32,000 nt of DNA from Delftia acidovorans NBRC 14950 (GTDB lineage: Bacteria; Pseudomonadota; Gammaproteobacteria; Burkholderiales; Burkholderiaceae_C), in contig NZ_BCZP01000029.1 in assembly GCF_001598795.1 (NCBI RefSeq), forward strand, positions 32,317 through 64,316, written 5' to 3'. Numbering within the stretch: position 1 is the stretch's first letter; each line of letters starts with the position of its first letter. The position numbers and the translations under genes are program-made. The notes beneath the pieces were generated by a model. It did not search any database and was not told the DNA's origin. It worked only from the letters and a program-made list of their open reading frames with translations. Shown here piece by piece: positions 15,328 to 23,751 of this stretch.

Positions 15328-16449
15328 ATGAACAACTCCACGTCCCCCGTGCCCATCTCGCCGGTGGAAGACATCATTGCCGACATGCGCGCGGGCCGCA
15401 TGGTCATCCTCGTCGATGAGGAAGACCGCGAGAACGAAGGCGACCTGGTGCTGGCCGCCGACCATGTCACCCCCGAGGCGATCAACTTCATGGCGCGCTT
15501 CGGCCGCGGCCTGATCTGCCTGACGCTCACGCGCGAGCGCTGCGAATACCTGAAGCTGCCGCCCATGGCCGCGCGCAACGGCACCGTGTACAGCACGGCC
15601 TTCACCGTCTCCATCGAAGCGGCCGAGGGCGTGACCACCGGCATCTCCGCCGCCGACCGCGCGCGCACCGTGCAGGCCGCCGTGGCCAAGGACTCCAAGC
15701 CCACGGATCTGGTCCAGCCCGGCCATATCTTCCCGCTGCAGGCCGTCGACGGCGGCGTGCTCATGCGCGCCGGCCATACCGAGGCCGGCTGCGACTTCGC
15801 CGCCCTGGCCGGCTGCAGCCCCGCCGCCGTGATCTGCGAGATCATGAAGGACGACGGCACCATGGCCCGCCTGCCCGACCTGCAGCTGTTCGCTGCCGAG
15901 CACGGCCTGAAGATCGGCACCATTGCCGACCTGATCCAGTACCGCAGCCGCAACGAATCCCTGCTCAGCAAGGTCGGCACGCGCCCGCTGCAGACGGCGC
16001 ATGGCGAGTTCATCGCCCATGCCTTCCGCGACCTGCCCAGCCAATCCGTGCACCTGGCCCTGGTCAAGGGCCAGTGGGAAGCCGACACCCCCGTGCCCGT
16101 GCGCGTGCATGAGCCGCTGTCCGTGCTGGACGCGCTGGAGACCGGCCGCACCCTGCACTCCTGGAGCCTGGACTCCAGCCTCGAATACATCGCCCGCCAG
16201 GGCCACGGCGTGGCCGTGCTGCTCAACTGCGGCGAGACCGGCGACCAGCTTATGGCCCAGTTCGACGGCAGCGCCCGTGCCGCCCAGGCCCCCGAGCGCG
16301 GCCGCATGGACCTGCGCACCTATGGCGTGGGCGCGCAGATCCTGCGCGAATGCGGCGTGCAGCGCATGCAGCTCATGGGCCAGCCGCGCCGCCTGCCCAG
16401 CATGGCCGGCTACGGCCTCGAAATCAGCGGCTACATCCCCAAGGAATAA
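15328..16449 (+). CDS. ribBA: 3,4-dihydroxy-2-butanone-4-phosphate synthase fused to a degenerate GTP cyclohydrolase II-like domain (RibBA/RibBX type)
   Basis: This uses the internal ATG at 15328 of ORF 15280..16449. The N-terminal RibB motifs are [13 protein letters not shown] and GHTEA. The C-terminal half aligns with RibA but lacks its Zn cysteines: [12 protein letters not shown] here versus RVHSECLTGD in RibA, and TLHSW here versus RCDCG. Confidence 0.92.
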   Translation: MNNSTSPVPISPVEDIIADMRAGRMVILVDEEDRENEGDLVLAADHVTPEAINFMARFGRGLICLTLTRERCEYLKLPPMAARNGTVYSTAFTVSIEAAEGVTTGISAADRARTVQAAVAKDSKPTDLVQPGHIFPLQAVDGGVLMRAGHTEAGCDFAALAGCSPAAVICEIMKDDGTMARLPDLQLFAAEHGLKIGTIADLIQYRSRNESLLSKVGTRPLQTAHGEFIAHAFRDLPSQSVHLALVKGQWEADTPVPVRVHEPLSVLDALETGRTLHSWSLDSSLEYIARQGHGVAVLLNCGETGDQLMAQFDGSARAAQAPERGRMDLRTYGVGAQILRECGVQRMQLMGQPRRLPSMAGYGLEISGYIPKE

Positions 16450-16452
16450 GAA

Positions 16453-16923
16453 ATGTTGAACGCAGAAAAGGGCCAGGCCCAGAACCTCGACGGCGCGCAG
16501 CTGCGCGTCGGCATCGTCCAGGCCCGCTTCAATGAAAGCATCACCAACAGCCTGACCCAGGCCTGCCGCGAAGAGCTGCTGGCCCTGGGCGTGCAGGCCG
16601 GAAACATCGACCACGTCACCGTGCCCGGCGCCCTGGAAGTGCCCGTGGCGCTGCAGGCGATGGCCGAGTCCGACCGGTACGACGCCCTGGTGGCGCTGGG
16701 TTGCATCATCCGTGGGGAGACATACCACTTCGAGCTGGTGGCCAACGAATCGGGCGCGGGTGTCACGCGCCTGGCCCTGGACTACCAGCTGCCGATCGCC
16801 AACGCGATCATCACCACCGAGAACACGGAGCAGGCCATCGCGCGCCAGACCGAAAAGGGACGCGACGCGGCCCGGGTCGCCGTGGAGATGGCCAACCTGC
16901 TCCAAACCATAGCCCGAACATGA
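16453..16923 (+). CDS. ribH: 6,7-dimethyl-8-ribityllumazine synthase
   Basis: The 156-aa protein contains [21 protein letters not shown] and [14 protein letters not shown]. An AAGGAA SD precedes the ATG. Confidence 0.95.
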   Translation: MLNAEKGQAQNLDGAQLRVGIVQARFNESITNSLTQACREELLALGVQAGNIDHVTVPGALEVPVALQAMAESDRYDALVALGCIIRGETYHFELVANESGAGVTRLALDYQLPIANAIITTENTEQAIARQTEKGRDAARVAVEMANLLQTIART

Positions 16924-17555
16924 GCGACGAACAATCCACACCGGCCTCGGGCCGCCCTCCCCGCCAAAGCCGCGGCGGCCTGACCAGCACCGGCGCGCGC
17001 AAGGCCGCCTCCAAGTCCAACCGCAGCCGTGCGCGTGAATTCGCGCTGCAGGCGCTGTACCAGCACCTGGTGGGCGGCAACGACGTGGAGGCCATCGACC
17101 GCTTCACGCGCGACCTGTCCGGCTTTCACAAGGCCGACTCGGTGCACTACGACGCGCTGCTGCGCGGCTGCATCAACTCCCAGGTGGATCTGGACGCGCT
17201 GATCGCCCCCAAGCTGGACCGCACCATGGCCGAGATCTCGCCCATCGAGCACGCCAGCATGTGGATCGGCGTGTATGAATTCCAGCACTGCCCCGACGTG
17301 CCCTGGCGCGTGGTGCTCAACGAGTGCATCGAGCTGGCCAAGGAATTCGGCGGCACCGACGGCCACAAATACGTGAACGCCGTGCTCAACGGCCTGGCTC
17401 CCACGCTGCGTGCGGCCGAAGTCGAGCATGACCGTGCGGGCAAGGGCTCCGCGCCCGCGCAGCCCGCCGCCAAGGCAGACACGGCCACCGACGCGGCAGC
17501 AGATGCCGCCACGGACGCAGCAGCAGACGACGCTGCCGACCAGGCCGCCGGCTGA
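16920..17555 (+). CDS. nusB: Transcription antitermination factor NusB with N- and C-terminal low-complexity extensions (211 aa)
   Basis: The ATG at 16920 overlaps the ribH stop (ATGA). The core contains [14 protein letters not shown] and KYVNAVLNG. The tails are [34 protein letters not shown] at the N-terminus and [26 protein letters not shown] at the C-terminus. Confidence 0.9.
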   Translation: MSDEQSTPASGRPPRQSRGGLTSTGARKAASKSNRSRAREFALQALYQHLVGGNDVEAIDRFTRDLSGFHKADSVHYDALLRGCINSQVDLDALIAPKLDRTMAEISPIEHASMWIGVYEFQHCPDVPWRVVLNECIELAKEFGGTDGHKYVNAVLNGLAPTLRAAEVEHDRAGKGSAPAQPAAKADTATDAAADAATDAAADDAADQAAG

Positions 17556-17659
17556 CGCCGCGCCTCGGGTCTTCGGGGCACAGGCCCCGCCGCATCCGGC
17601 CATCCATGGCCCGCCCGCGCCTGCCGGGCGCGGGCGCCTCTTCCAGGATTTCACCCGTC

Positions 17660-18844
17660 ATGAAGTTTTCGACCCGCGCCGACCGCATTGAGCCCTTTTA
17701 CGTGATGGAGATCGCCAAGGCGGCGCAGGAGATGGCGCGCGGCTGCGCGGACAGCGACACGCCGATGATCTTCCTGAACATCGGCGAGCCCGACTTCACC
17801 GCGCCCCCGCTGGTGCAGGAGGCCGCAGCGCGCGCCGTGCAGGATGGCGCCACGCAGTACACGCCGGCCCTGGGCCTGCCCCAGCTGCGCGAGCGCATCA
17901 GCCATTGGTATGCGCAGCGCTTCGGCGTGGATGTGCCGGCGCGGCGCATCGTGGTCACGGCCGGCGCCTCGGCCGCGCTGCAGCTGGCATGCCTGGCGAC
18001 CATCGACGCGGGCGACGAAATCCTCATGCCCGACCCCAGCTACCCCTGCAACCGCCACTTCGTGAGCGCAGCCGAAGGCCGGGCCGTCATGGTGCCGACC
18101 ACGGCGGCCGAACGCTACCAGCTGAGCGCCGACAAGGTCGAGGCCGCCTGGAACGAGCACACGCGCGGCGTGCTGCTGGCCTCGCCCTCCAATCCCACCG
18201 GCACCTCGATTGCGCCGGCCGAGTTGCGCCGCATCCTCGACGTGGTGCGCGCCCGGGGCGGGCTGACCATCATCGACGAGATCTACCTGGGCCTGTCGCA
18301 TGACGACGCCTTCGGCCAGACCGCGCTGGCGCTGGGCGAGGACGTGATCAGCATCAACAGCTTCAGCAAGTACTTCAACATGACGGGCTGGCGCCTGGGC
18401 TGGATGGTGGTGCCCGAGGCCATGGTGCCCGTGGTCGAGCGCGTGGCGCAGAACCTCTTCATCTGCGCCAGCACCGTCTCGCAGCGCGCCGCCCTGGCCT
18501 GCTTCGAGCCCGAGTCCATTGCCGAGTACGAACGCCGCCGCGCCGAGTTCAAGGCCCGGCGCGACTTCTTCATCCCTGCGCTCGAGGCCCTGGGCCTGCC
18601 CGTGCCCGTGCAGCCCGACGGCGCCTTCTACGCCTGGGCCGACTGCCGTGCCGCTGCCGCCAGGCTCGGCGTCCAGGGCAGCTGGGACTTTGCCTACGCC
18701 GTCATGGAACGCGCCCACCTGGCCATCACGCCGGGCCGCGACTTCGGCACGTTCGAGACCGCCGACTTCGTGCGCTTTTCCACGGCCAACTCCATGGAAC
18801 AGCTGCAGGAGGCCGTGCGCCGCCTGCAGCGCCTGCTGGCCTGA
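17660..18844 (+). CDS. Class I/II PLP-dependent aminotransferase
   Basis: This uses the internal ATG at 17660. Segments present are NIGEPDF, YTPALGLPQLR and the PLP-lysine block NSFSKYFNMTGWRLGW. Confidence 0.88.
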   Translation: MKFSTRADRIEPFYVMEIAKAAQEMARGCADSDTPMIFLNIGEPDFTAPPLVQEAAARAVQDGATQYTPALGLPQLRERISHWYAQRFGVDVPARRIVVTAGASAALQLACLATIDAGDEILMPDPSYPCNRHFVSAAEGRAVMVPTTAAERYQLSADKVEAAWNEHTRGVLLASPSNPTGTSIAPAELRRILDVVRARGGLTIIDEIYLGLSHDDAFGQTALALGEDVISINSFSKYFNMTGWRLGWMVVPEAMVPVVERVAQNLFICASTVSQRAALACFEPESIAEYERRRAEFKARRDFFIPALEALGLPVPVQPDGAFYAWADCRAAAARLGVQGSWDFAYAVMERAHLAITPGRDFGTFETADFVRFSTANSMEQLQEAVRRLQRLLA

Positions 18845-18856
18845 GGCCCGCCGCAC

Positions 18857-19273
18857 ATGGCCTTCGAATTTCCCATCCGCGTCTACTGGGAGGACACCGA
18901 TGCCGGCGGCATCGTGTTCTACGCCAACTATCTGAAGTTCTTCGAGCGTGCCCGCACCGAGTGGCTGCGCGCCCTGGGCATAGGCCAGCAGCAGTTGCGG
19001 GAACAAACGGGCGGCATGTTTGTCGTAACCCAGGCCCAGCTGCAATACCTGCGGGCAGCCCGGCTCGATGACCAACTCCTTGTTACCGCCGAGCTGCAAA
19101 GCAGCGGGCGCGCTTCGCTGACAATACGGCAGCAGGCGCTGCTGGCATCCGCCGGCGATGGCAATGCGCCGCCGCCCCTGTTGTGCGAAGGCACGATCCG
19201 CATTGGATGGGTGGATGGCTCGACCATGCGCCCCGCAAGAATTCCGAACCGCATCCTGGAGCAACTCTCATGA
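18857..19273 (+). CDS. ybgC: Tol-Pal-associated acyl-CoA thioesterase YbgC (4HBT fold)
   Basis: IRVYWEDTDAGGIVFYANYLKFFERAR is present. The gene sits directly upstream of tolQ with an ATGA stop/start overlap. Confidence 0.9.
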   Translation: MAFEFPIRVYWEDTDAGGIVFYANYLKFFERARTEWLRALGIGQQQLREQTGGMFVVTQAQLQYLRAARLDDQLLVTAELQSSGRASLTIRQQALLASAGDGNAPPPLLCEGTIRIGWVDGSTMRPARIPNRILEQLS

Positions 19274-19974
19274 ACTCCCATGACATGTCCATACTCAGCC
19301 TCGTGCTGCAGGCCAGCTGGGTCGTGCAGCTGGTCATGCTGATCCTCGTGGGCGCCTCGGTGGCCAGCTGGGCCACCATCTTCCGCAAGTCGCAGACCTT
19401 GAAGCGCGTGCGCTCGCTCAACGACGGCTTCGAGCAGGACTTCTGGTCGGGCACCAGCCTCAACGATCTCTATGCCTCGGCCGCTCACCATGCCAAGCAG
19501 GGCGGTCCCATGGAACGCATCTTCGCCAGCGGCATGCGCGAGTACCAGAAGCTGCGCGAGCGCCGCATCGCCGATGTGAACCAGTTGATGGACGGCACCC
19601 GCCGCGCCATGCGCGCCAGCTTCCAGCGCGAGATGGACGAGGTCGAGTCGGGCCTGTCCTTCCTGGGCACCGTGGGCTCGGTCTCTCCCTACATCGGCCT
19701 GTTCGGCACCGTCTGGGGCGTGATGCACGCCTTCACCGGCTTTGCCAACATGGAGCAGATCACGCTGGCCACCGTGGCCCCCGGCATTGCCGAGGCGCTG
19801 GTGGCCACGGCCATGGGCCTGTTCGCCGCCATCCCGGCCGTCACGGCCTACAACCGCTATGCCCACCAGATCGACCGCGTGGCCAGCCAGCAGGAAACCT
19901 TCATCGAAGAGTTCTCCAACATCCTGCAGCGCAACGTGGGTGCGACCGGCTCCAGCACCCCGTCCGGCCATTGA
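19270..19974 (+). CDS. tolQ: Tol-Pal system protein TolQ (MotA/TolQ/ExbB channel)
   Basis: The ATG at 19270 has GGAG 8 nt upstream. Segments present are SILSLVLQASWVVQLVMLILV and PYIGLFGTVWGVM...TLATVAPGIAEALVATAMGL. Confidence 0.93.
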   Translation: MNSHDMSILSLVLQASWVVQLVMLILVGASVASWATIFRKSQTLKRVRSLNDGFEQDFWSGTSLNDLYASAAHHAKQGGPMERIFASGMREYQKLRERRIADVNQLMDGTRRAMRASFQREMDEVESGLSFLGTVGSVSPYIGLFGTVWGVMHAFTGFANMEQITLATVAPGIAEALVATAMGLFAAIPAVTAYNRYAHQIDRVASQQETFIEEFSNILQRNVGATGSSTPSGH

Positions 19975-20004
19975 AGTCGCTCAAAGCCAGCAAGGAGTGA
20001 GCAC

Positions 20005-20430
20005 ATGCCCGCAGTAGCCTCGCGCGGCGGCCGCAGCCGCCGCACCGTCAACGAGATCAACATGGTGCCCTTCATCGACGTGATGCTGGTGCTGCTCATC
20101 ATCTTCATGGTGACGGCCCCCATGCTCACGCCGGGCTCCATCAACGTGCCCAGTGCCGGCAAGGCCGCGCGCACGCCCCCGAAGCGCGCCGACGTGATGA
20201 TCGACAAGGACGGCGGCATCCGCATCAAGGCCGGCAGCACCGACAAGACCGTCACGCTCAAGGAGCTGGGCGCAGCCGCCAGGAGCTGGCAGGACCAGCA
20301 AAGCGACGATAGCGCCGTGCTGATTTCGGCGGACAAGAAGCTGCCCTTCGAGACCGTGATGGCCGCCATGTCGGCCCTGCAGTCGGCCGGCGTCAAGCGC
20401 GTGGCCTTCGGCGTCAAGTCCTCCCAGTAA
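20005..20430 (+). CDS. tolR: Tol-Pal system protein TolR (ExbD/TolR family)
   Basis: An AAGGAG SD is present. NMVPFIDVMLVLLIIFMVTAP is the single TM helix with the conserved Asp. Confidence 0.9.
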   Translation: MPAVASRGGRSRRTVNEINMVPFIDVMLVLLIIFMVTAPMLTPGSINVPSAGKAARTPPKRADVMIDKDGGIRIKAGSTDKTVTLKELGAAARSWQDQQSDDSAVLISADKKLPFETVMAAMSALQSAGVKRVAFGVKSSQ

Positions 20431-20454
20431 GCAGCGCCGCCCGCCTTCGATCCC

Positions 20455-21597
20455 ATGCCCAACCTGCAAGACCACGACCAGTTCGCACCGCCGCGCACGC
20501 GCGGCCGCACGCGCTCGTGGGCCCTGGCCGCGGCAGCGCACGGGCTGCTTGTGGCCGCCATGCTGTGGACCGTGCGCCCCCCGAAGCAGGCCGACGAGCC
20601 CATGGTCGAGGCCGAGTTCTGGTCCACGGCCGCACCCGCTCCCGCCCTGCCCGTGCCTGCGCCACCGCCGCCACCTGCACCCGAGCCTGTTCCCCAGCCG
20701 CCACCGCCGCCGCCCGCGCCCGTGATTGCACCGCCCCCACCTCCCAAGCCGCAGGCCGTGGACGACGACCACGAGGCCGAGATCGCGCTGGAGAAGAAGC
20801 GCAAGATCGAGCAGCAAAAGAAGGAGCGCGCCGAACAGGCCGCCCGTGAGCAGCGCGAGAAGGAACGCCAGGAGCGCCTGGACAAGGAAAAGGCCGACAA
20901 GGCGGCCAAGGACAAGGCCGAGCGCGAGAAGGCGGAAAGAGCCGAGAAGGACCGCCGCGACAAGCTCGATCAGCAGAAAAAGGACAAGGCCGAGCAGGAC
21001 CGCAAGGACCGCCTGGAGCAGCAAAAGAAGGACAAGGCCGAAAAGGAAAAGGCGGACAAGGAAAAAGCCGCCAAGGACAAGGCCGAGCGCGAGAAAGCCG
21101 AGAAGGCCGACAAGGAAAAGGCCGCCAAGGCCGAAGCCGAGAAGAAGGCCGCCGAGGACAAGCGCAAGAAGGAACAGGCTGCCAAGGAAGCCCGCGAGGC
21201 CAAGGAAGCCGAGGCACGCCGCCTGGAGAACATCCGCCGCATGCAGGGCCTGGCCGGCAGCGGCGGCTCGGCCGGCGAAGGCGCAGGCGGCAGCAAGAGC
21301 GGTGGCTCGGGCAGCTCGGCCGGAGGCCCCTCGGCCGGCTATGGCGCCAAGGTGGCCGCGCGCGTCAAGCCCAACATCGTCTACCCGGACGCCATCAGCG
21401 GCAATCCGCGGGCCGAGGTGCGCGTGCGCACCGCGCCCGATGGCACCATCACCGGCGCCACCATCGCCAAGTCCAGCGGCAACAAGGCCTGGGACGATGC
21501 CGTCATCCGCGCCCTGCAAAAGACCGAGACGCTGCCGCGCGACATCGATGGCCGCGTTCCTTCGGACCTGGTCATTGGATTCCGCCCGCAGGACTGA
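20455..21597 (+). CDS. tolA: Cell envelope integrity protein TolA
   Basis: The domain order is an N-terminal TM helix (ALAAAAHGLLVAAMLW), a Pro-rich linker, a long K/E/A/D-rich helical repeat domain, and a C-terminal TolA/TonB_C-like domain (GYGAKVAARVKPNIVYPD...WDDAVIRALQK). Position after tolQR supports the call. Confidence 0.85.
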   Translation: MPNLQDHDQFAPPRTRGRTRSWALAAAAHGLLVAAMLWTVRPPKQADEPMVEAEFWSTAAPAPALPVPAPPPPPAPEPVPQPPPPPPAPVIAPPPPPKPQAVDDDHEAEIALEKKRKIEQQKKERAEQAAREQREKERQERLDKEKADKAAKDKAEREKAERAEKDRRDKLDQQKKDKAEQDRKDRLEQQKKDKAEKEKADKEKAAKDKAEREKAEKADKEKAAKAEAEKKAAEDKRKKEQAAKEAREAKEAEARRLENIRRMQGLAGSGGSAGEGAGGSKSGGSGSSAGGPSAGYGAKVAARVKPNIVYPDAISGNPRAEVRVRTAPDGTITGATIAKSSGNKAWDDAVIRALQKTETLPRDIDGRVPSDLVIGFRPQD

Positions 21598-21616
21598 ACG
21601 GGCACAGGCCCTTCAT

Positions 21617-21654
21617 CAAAAAGCCCCGCCGGTACCTGCCTGCGGGGCTTTTTC
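21617..21654 (+). terminator. Rho-independent (potentially bidirectional) terminator after tolA
   Basis: AAAAAGCCCCGC-cggtacctgcct-GCGGGGCTTTTT. The stem arms are 21623-21629 and 21642-21648. A T-run follows and an A-run precedes. Confidence 0.75.
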
Positions 21655-21697
21655 CATCTTGCGTTGTATGCAATCCGCCACGCGCCTGCGACTTCGC

Positions 21698-21726
21698 TTG
21701 CGGCACCGGCCGCTTGTCCCTAGCAT
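21698..21726 (+). promoter_or_regulatory. Possible sigma70-type promoter for the rtcB-prfH leader
   Basis: TTGCGG (21698-21703), N17, TAGCAT (21721-21726). This is a pattern match only. Confidence 0.2.
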
Positions 21727-21780
21727 CCCCGTCTTTGCCGCATTCGCGGCACCCGTCCACCATCGCAAAGGAGAGAACCC

Positions 21781-21822
21781 ATGTCCCATTCGACACGTCC
21801 CTTTGCAGTCGTGCACGCTTGA
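21781..21822 (+). CDS. 13-codon mini-ORF (MSHSTRPFAVVHA) with a strong SD; candidate leader peptide upstream of rtcB-prfH
   Basis: AAAGGAGAG ends 5 nt before the ATG at 21781, and the TGA lies at 21820-21822. No homology evidence is possible by eye. Confidence 0.2.
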   Translation: MSHSTRPFAVVHA

Positions 21823-21996
21823 AGCCCTAGCGCCTCCAGGCCACGCTGCAGACCTGATTCCCGGCCCCGCAAGAGGCCCGGCTTTCGGCTGCGCGTGCGC
21901 TTTTCCTGATGCCTGTCCATCGAGCTTGCGGCGACTGCCCATTGCGCATTCCGCATCTGCCGGAATGTGCCCCAAGCACTCGATCGAAAGCCATTC

Positions 21997-23151
21997 ATGG
22001 GCAATTCCCTTTCGGACACCTACATTGAGGTGTTCGCCAACCGCGGCGTCTGGATTGAAGACGCCGCCATCCAACAACTTCACACAACGGCCCGCAACCT
22101 GGCCGGCATGCGCGCCGCCGTGGGCCTGCCCGACCTGCACCCGGGCCGGGGCTACCCGGTAGGGGCGGCCTTCTTTTCCGTGGGCCGCTTCTACCCGGCC
22201 CTGGTCGGCGGCGACATCGGCTGCGGCATGTCGCTGTACAGCACGGAGCTGGCGGCGCACAAGACCTCGGCCCCCAAGCTGGAAAAGGCGGTGGGCAACA
22301 TCGACGGCCCCCTGCCCCAGGAACTGCTGGACGCCGTGGACATGCAGCAGCTGGAGCACATCGCCCAGGCCAGCGGCGTGGCCGACCTGGCGTATCTGCA
22401 GGACAGCCTGGGCACCATTGGCGGCGGCAACCACTTTGCCGAACTGCAGGTGGTGGACACGCTGTACGAGGACGGTGCGCTCGACAGGAAACGCGTGCAC
22501 CTCATGGTGCACAGTGGCTCGCGCGGGCTGGGCGGCGCCATCCTGCGCGCCCATGTGGAGGCCTTCAGCCACGACGGCCTGGCCGCCAGCAGCGATGACG
22601 CCACGCAGTACCTGCGCCAGCACGCGGCCGCCATCGCCTTCGCCCAGCTCAACCGCGCCAGCATTGCGGCACGCCTGCTGCGCGCCCTGCGCACGCGCGG
22701 CCAGGCCCTGCTGGACATCACCCACAACCACGTGATCGCCCACCACTGGCGCGGCGAGGACGGCTTTTTGCACCGCAAGGGCGCCACGCCGGCCGACCAG
22801 GGGCTGGTGGTGATTCCGGGTTCGCGCGGCGACTACAGCTACCTTGTGCGGCCCGTGGCCGGGCGTGACGAGGCGCTGCACTCGCTGGCACACGGCGCGG
22901 GCCGCAAGTGGGCACGCACCGATTGCATGGGCCGCCTGCGCCCGCGCTTCACGCTGGACGAGCTGCTGCGCACCCAATTCGGCAGCGCCGTGGTCTGCGC
23001 CGACCGCGAACTGGTCTACGAGGAGGCCCCCCAGGCCTACAAGGACGTGGACTCCGTCGTCGCCAGCCTGCAGGAAGCCGGCCTGGTGCAACTGGTGGCG
23101 CGGCTGCGCCCCCTGCTGACCTACAAGAAGGGAGCCATGCAATGCTGCTGA
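21997..23151 (+). CDS. rtcB: RtcB-family RNA ligase, release-factor-H-coupled subtype (RtcB2)
   Basis: An alternative GTG start lies at 21967. Motifs present are GLPDLHPGRGYPVG, GGGNHFAE, HSGSRGLG and the nucleophile-His block AHGAGRKW. The 3' end overlaps the prfH start by 10 nt. Confidence 0.9.
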   Translation: MGNSLSDTYIEVFANRGVWIEDAAIQQLHTTARNLAGMRAAVGLPDLHPGRGYPVGAAFFSVGRFYPALVGGDIGCGMSLYSTELAAHKTSAPKLEKAVGNIDGPLPQELLDAVDMQQLEHIAQASGVADLAYLQDSLGTIGGGNHFAELQVVDTLYEDGALDRKRVHLMVHSGSRGLGGAILRAHVEAFSHDGLAASSDDATQYLRQHAAAIAFAQLNRASIAARLLRALRTRGQALLDITHNHVIAHHWRGEDGFLHRKGATPADQGLVVIPGSRGDYSYLVRPVAGRDEALHSLAHGAGRKWARTDCMGRLRPRFTLDELLRTQFGSAVVCADRELVYEEAPQAYKDVDSVVASLQEAGLVQLVARLRPLLTYKKGAMQCC

Positions 23152-23741
23152 TCCAGCTGACTGCATCTCACGGCCCCGCCGAGTGCGAGCATGCCGTGCG
23201 CCTGACCCTGCGCGAGCTGCTGCGCGACTGCGCTGCGCGCGGCATCGCCGTGGACGTGCTGGAGGAAACACCCACGCCAGCCGGCTACAAGTCCGTGCTG
23301 CTGCGCTGCGACGGCGACACCGGCCTGCTTCACGGCACGCTGGGCGCCTGGCTGGGCACCATCCAGTGGGTCTTCGACAGTCCCCTGCGGCCCCATCACC
23401 CGCGCAGGAACTGGTTTGTTGCCGTGCAGAAGTGCGAGCCGCCCCGGCAGTTGCCGGCAGACGGCGAAATCGTCTTCCAGGCCTGCAAGGCCTCGGGCAA
23501 GGGCGGCCAACATGTCAACACCACGGACTCCGCCGTCCATGCCCTGCATGTGCCCAGCGGGATCTCGGTGAAGGTCATGAGCGAGCGCAGCCAGCACGCC
23601 AACAAGCGGCTGGCGCGCGAGCTGCTGGCCCTGAAGCTGGCGCGCCTCAACGCGCAGGGCGAGGGCCAGGCCCGGCGCACGCGCAGCCAGCAGCACTGGG
23701 AGGTGGAGCGCGGCAGCCCCGTGAAGGTGTTCCGCGCCTGA
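23142..23741 (+). CDS. prfH: Peptide chain release factor H (truncated class-I RF homologue with a GGQ motif)
   Basis: The ATG at 23142 is in frame with ORF 22908..23741. The 199-aa protein contains MLLIQLTASHGPAECEHAV, GTIQWVFDSPLRPHH, SGKGGQHVNTTDSAV and SERSQHANKRLA. It is collinear with E. coli PrfH from memory. Confidence 0.9.
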   Translation: MLLIQLTASHGPAECEHAVRLTLRELLRDCAARGIAVDVLEETPTPAGYKSVLLRCDGDTGLLHGTLGAWLGTIQWVFDSPLRPHHPRRNWFVAVQKCEPPRQLPADGEIVFQACKASGKGGQHVNTTDSAVHALHVPSGISVKVMSERSQHANKRLARELLALKLARLNAQGEGQARRTRSQQHWEVERGSPVKVFRA

Positions 23742-23751
23742 ACGCCCGGGA

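Noticed and set aside
15073-16941. 622-aa minus-strand ORF
   Set aside because: It is antisense to ribBA and ribH, which have unambiguous conserved motifs. It is a high-GC artefact.
17651-19264. 537-aa minus-strand ORF
   Set aside because: It is antisense to the aminotransferase and ybgC. It is rich in Gly/Ala/Arg/His with no domain signatures.
20700-21300. Repeat array considered as a CRISPR or VNTR locus
   Set aside because: The repeats are in frame within tolA. They are degenerate, have no spacer/repeat periodicity, and no cas genes are present.
19857-21519. Several long minus-strand and alternate-frame ORFs (368, 512, 267 and 478 aa) over tolR/tolA
   Set aside because: They are produced by the low-complexity GC-rich repeat DNA encoding the TolA K/E/A domain. 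The TolA frame alone has a TM anchor and a conserved C-terminal domain.
21616-23271. 551-aa minus-strand ORF
   Set aside because: It is antisense to rtcB/prfH, which carry catalytic motifs.
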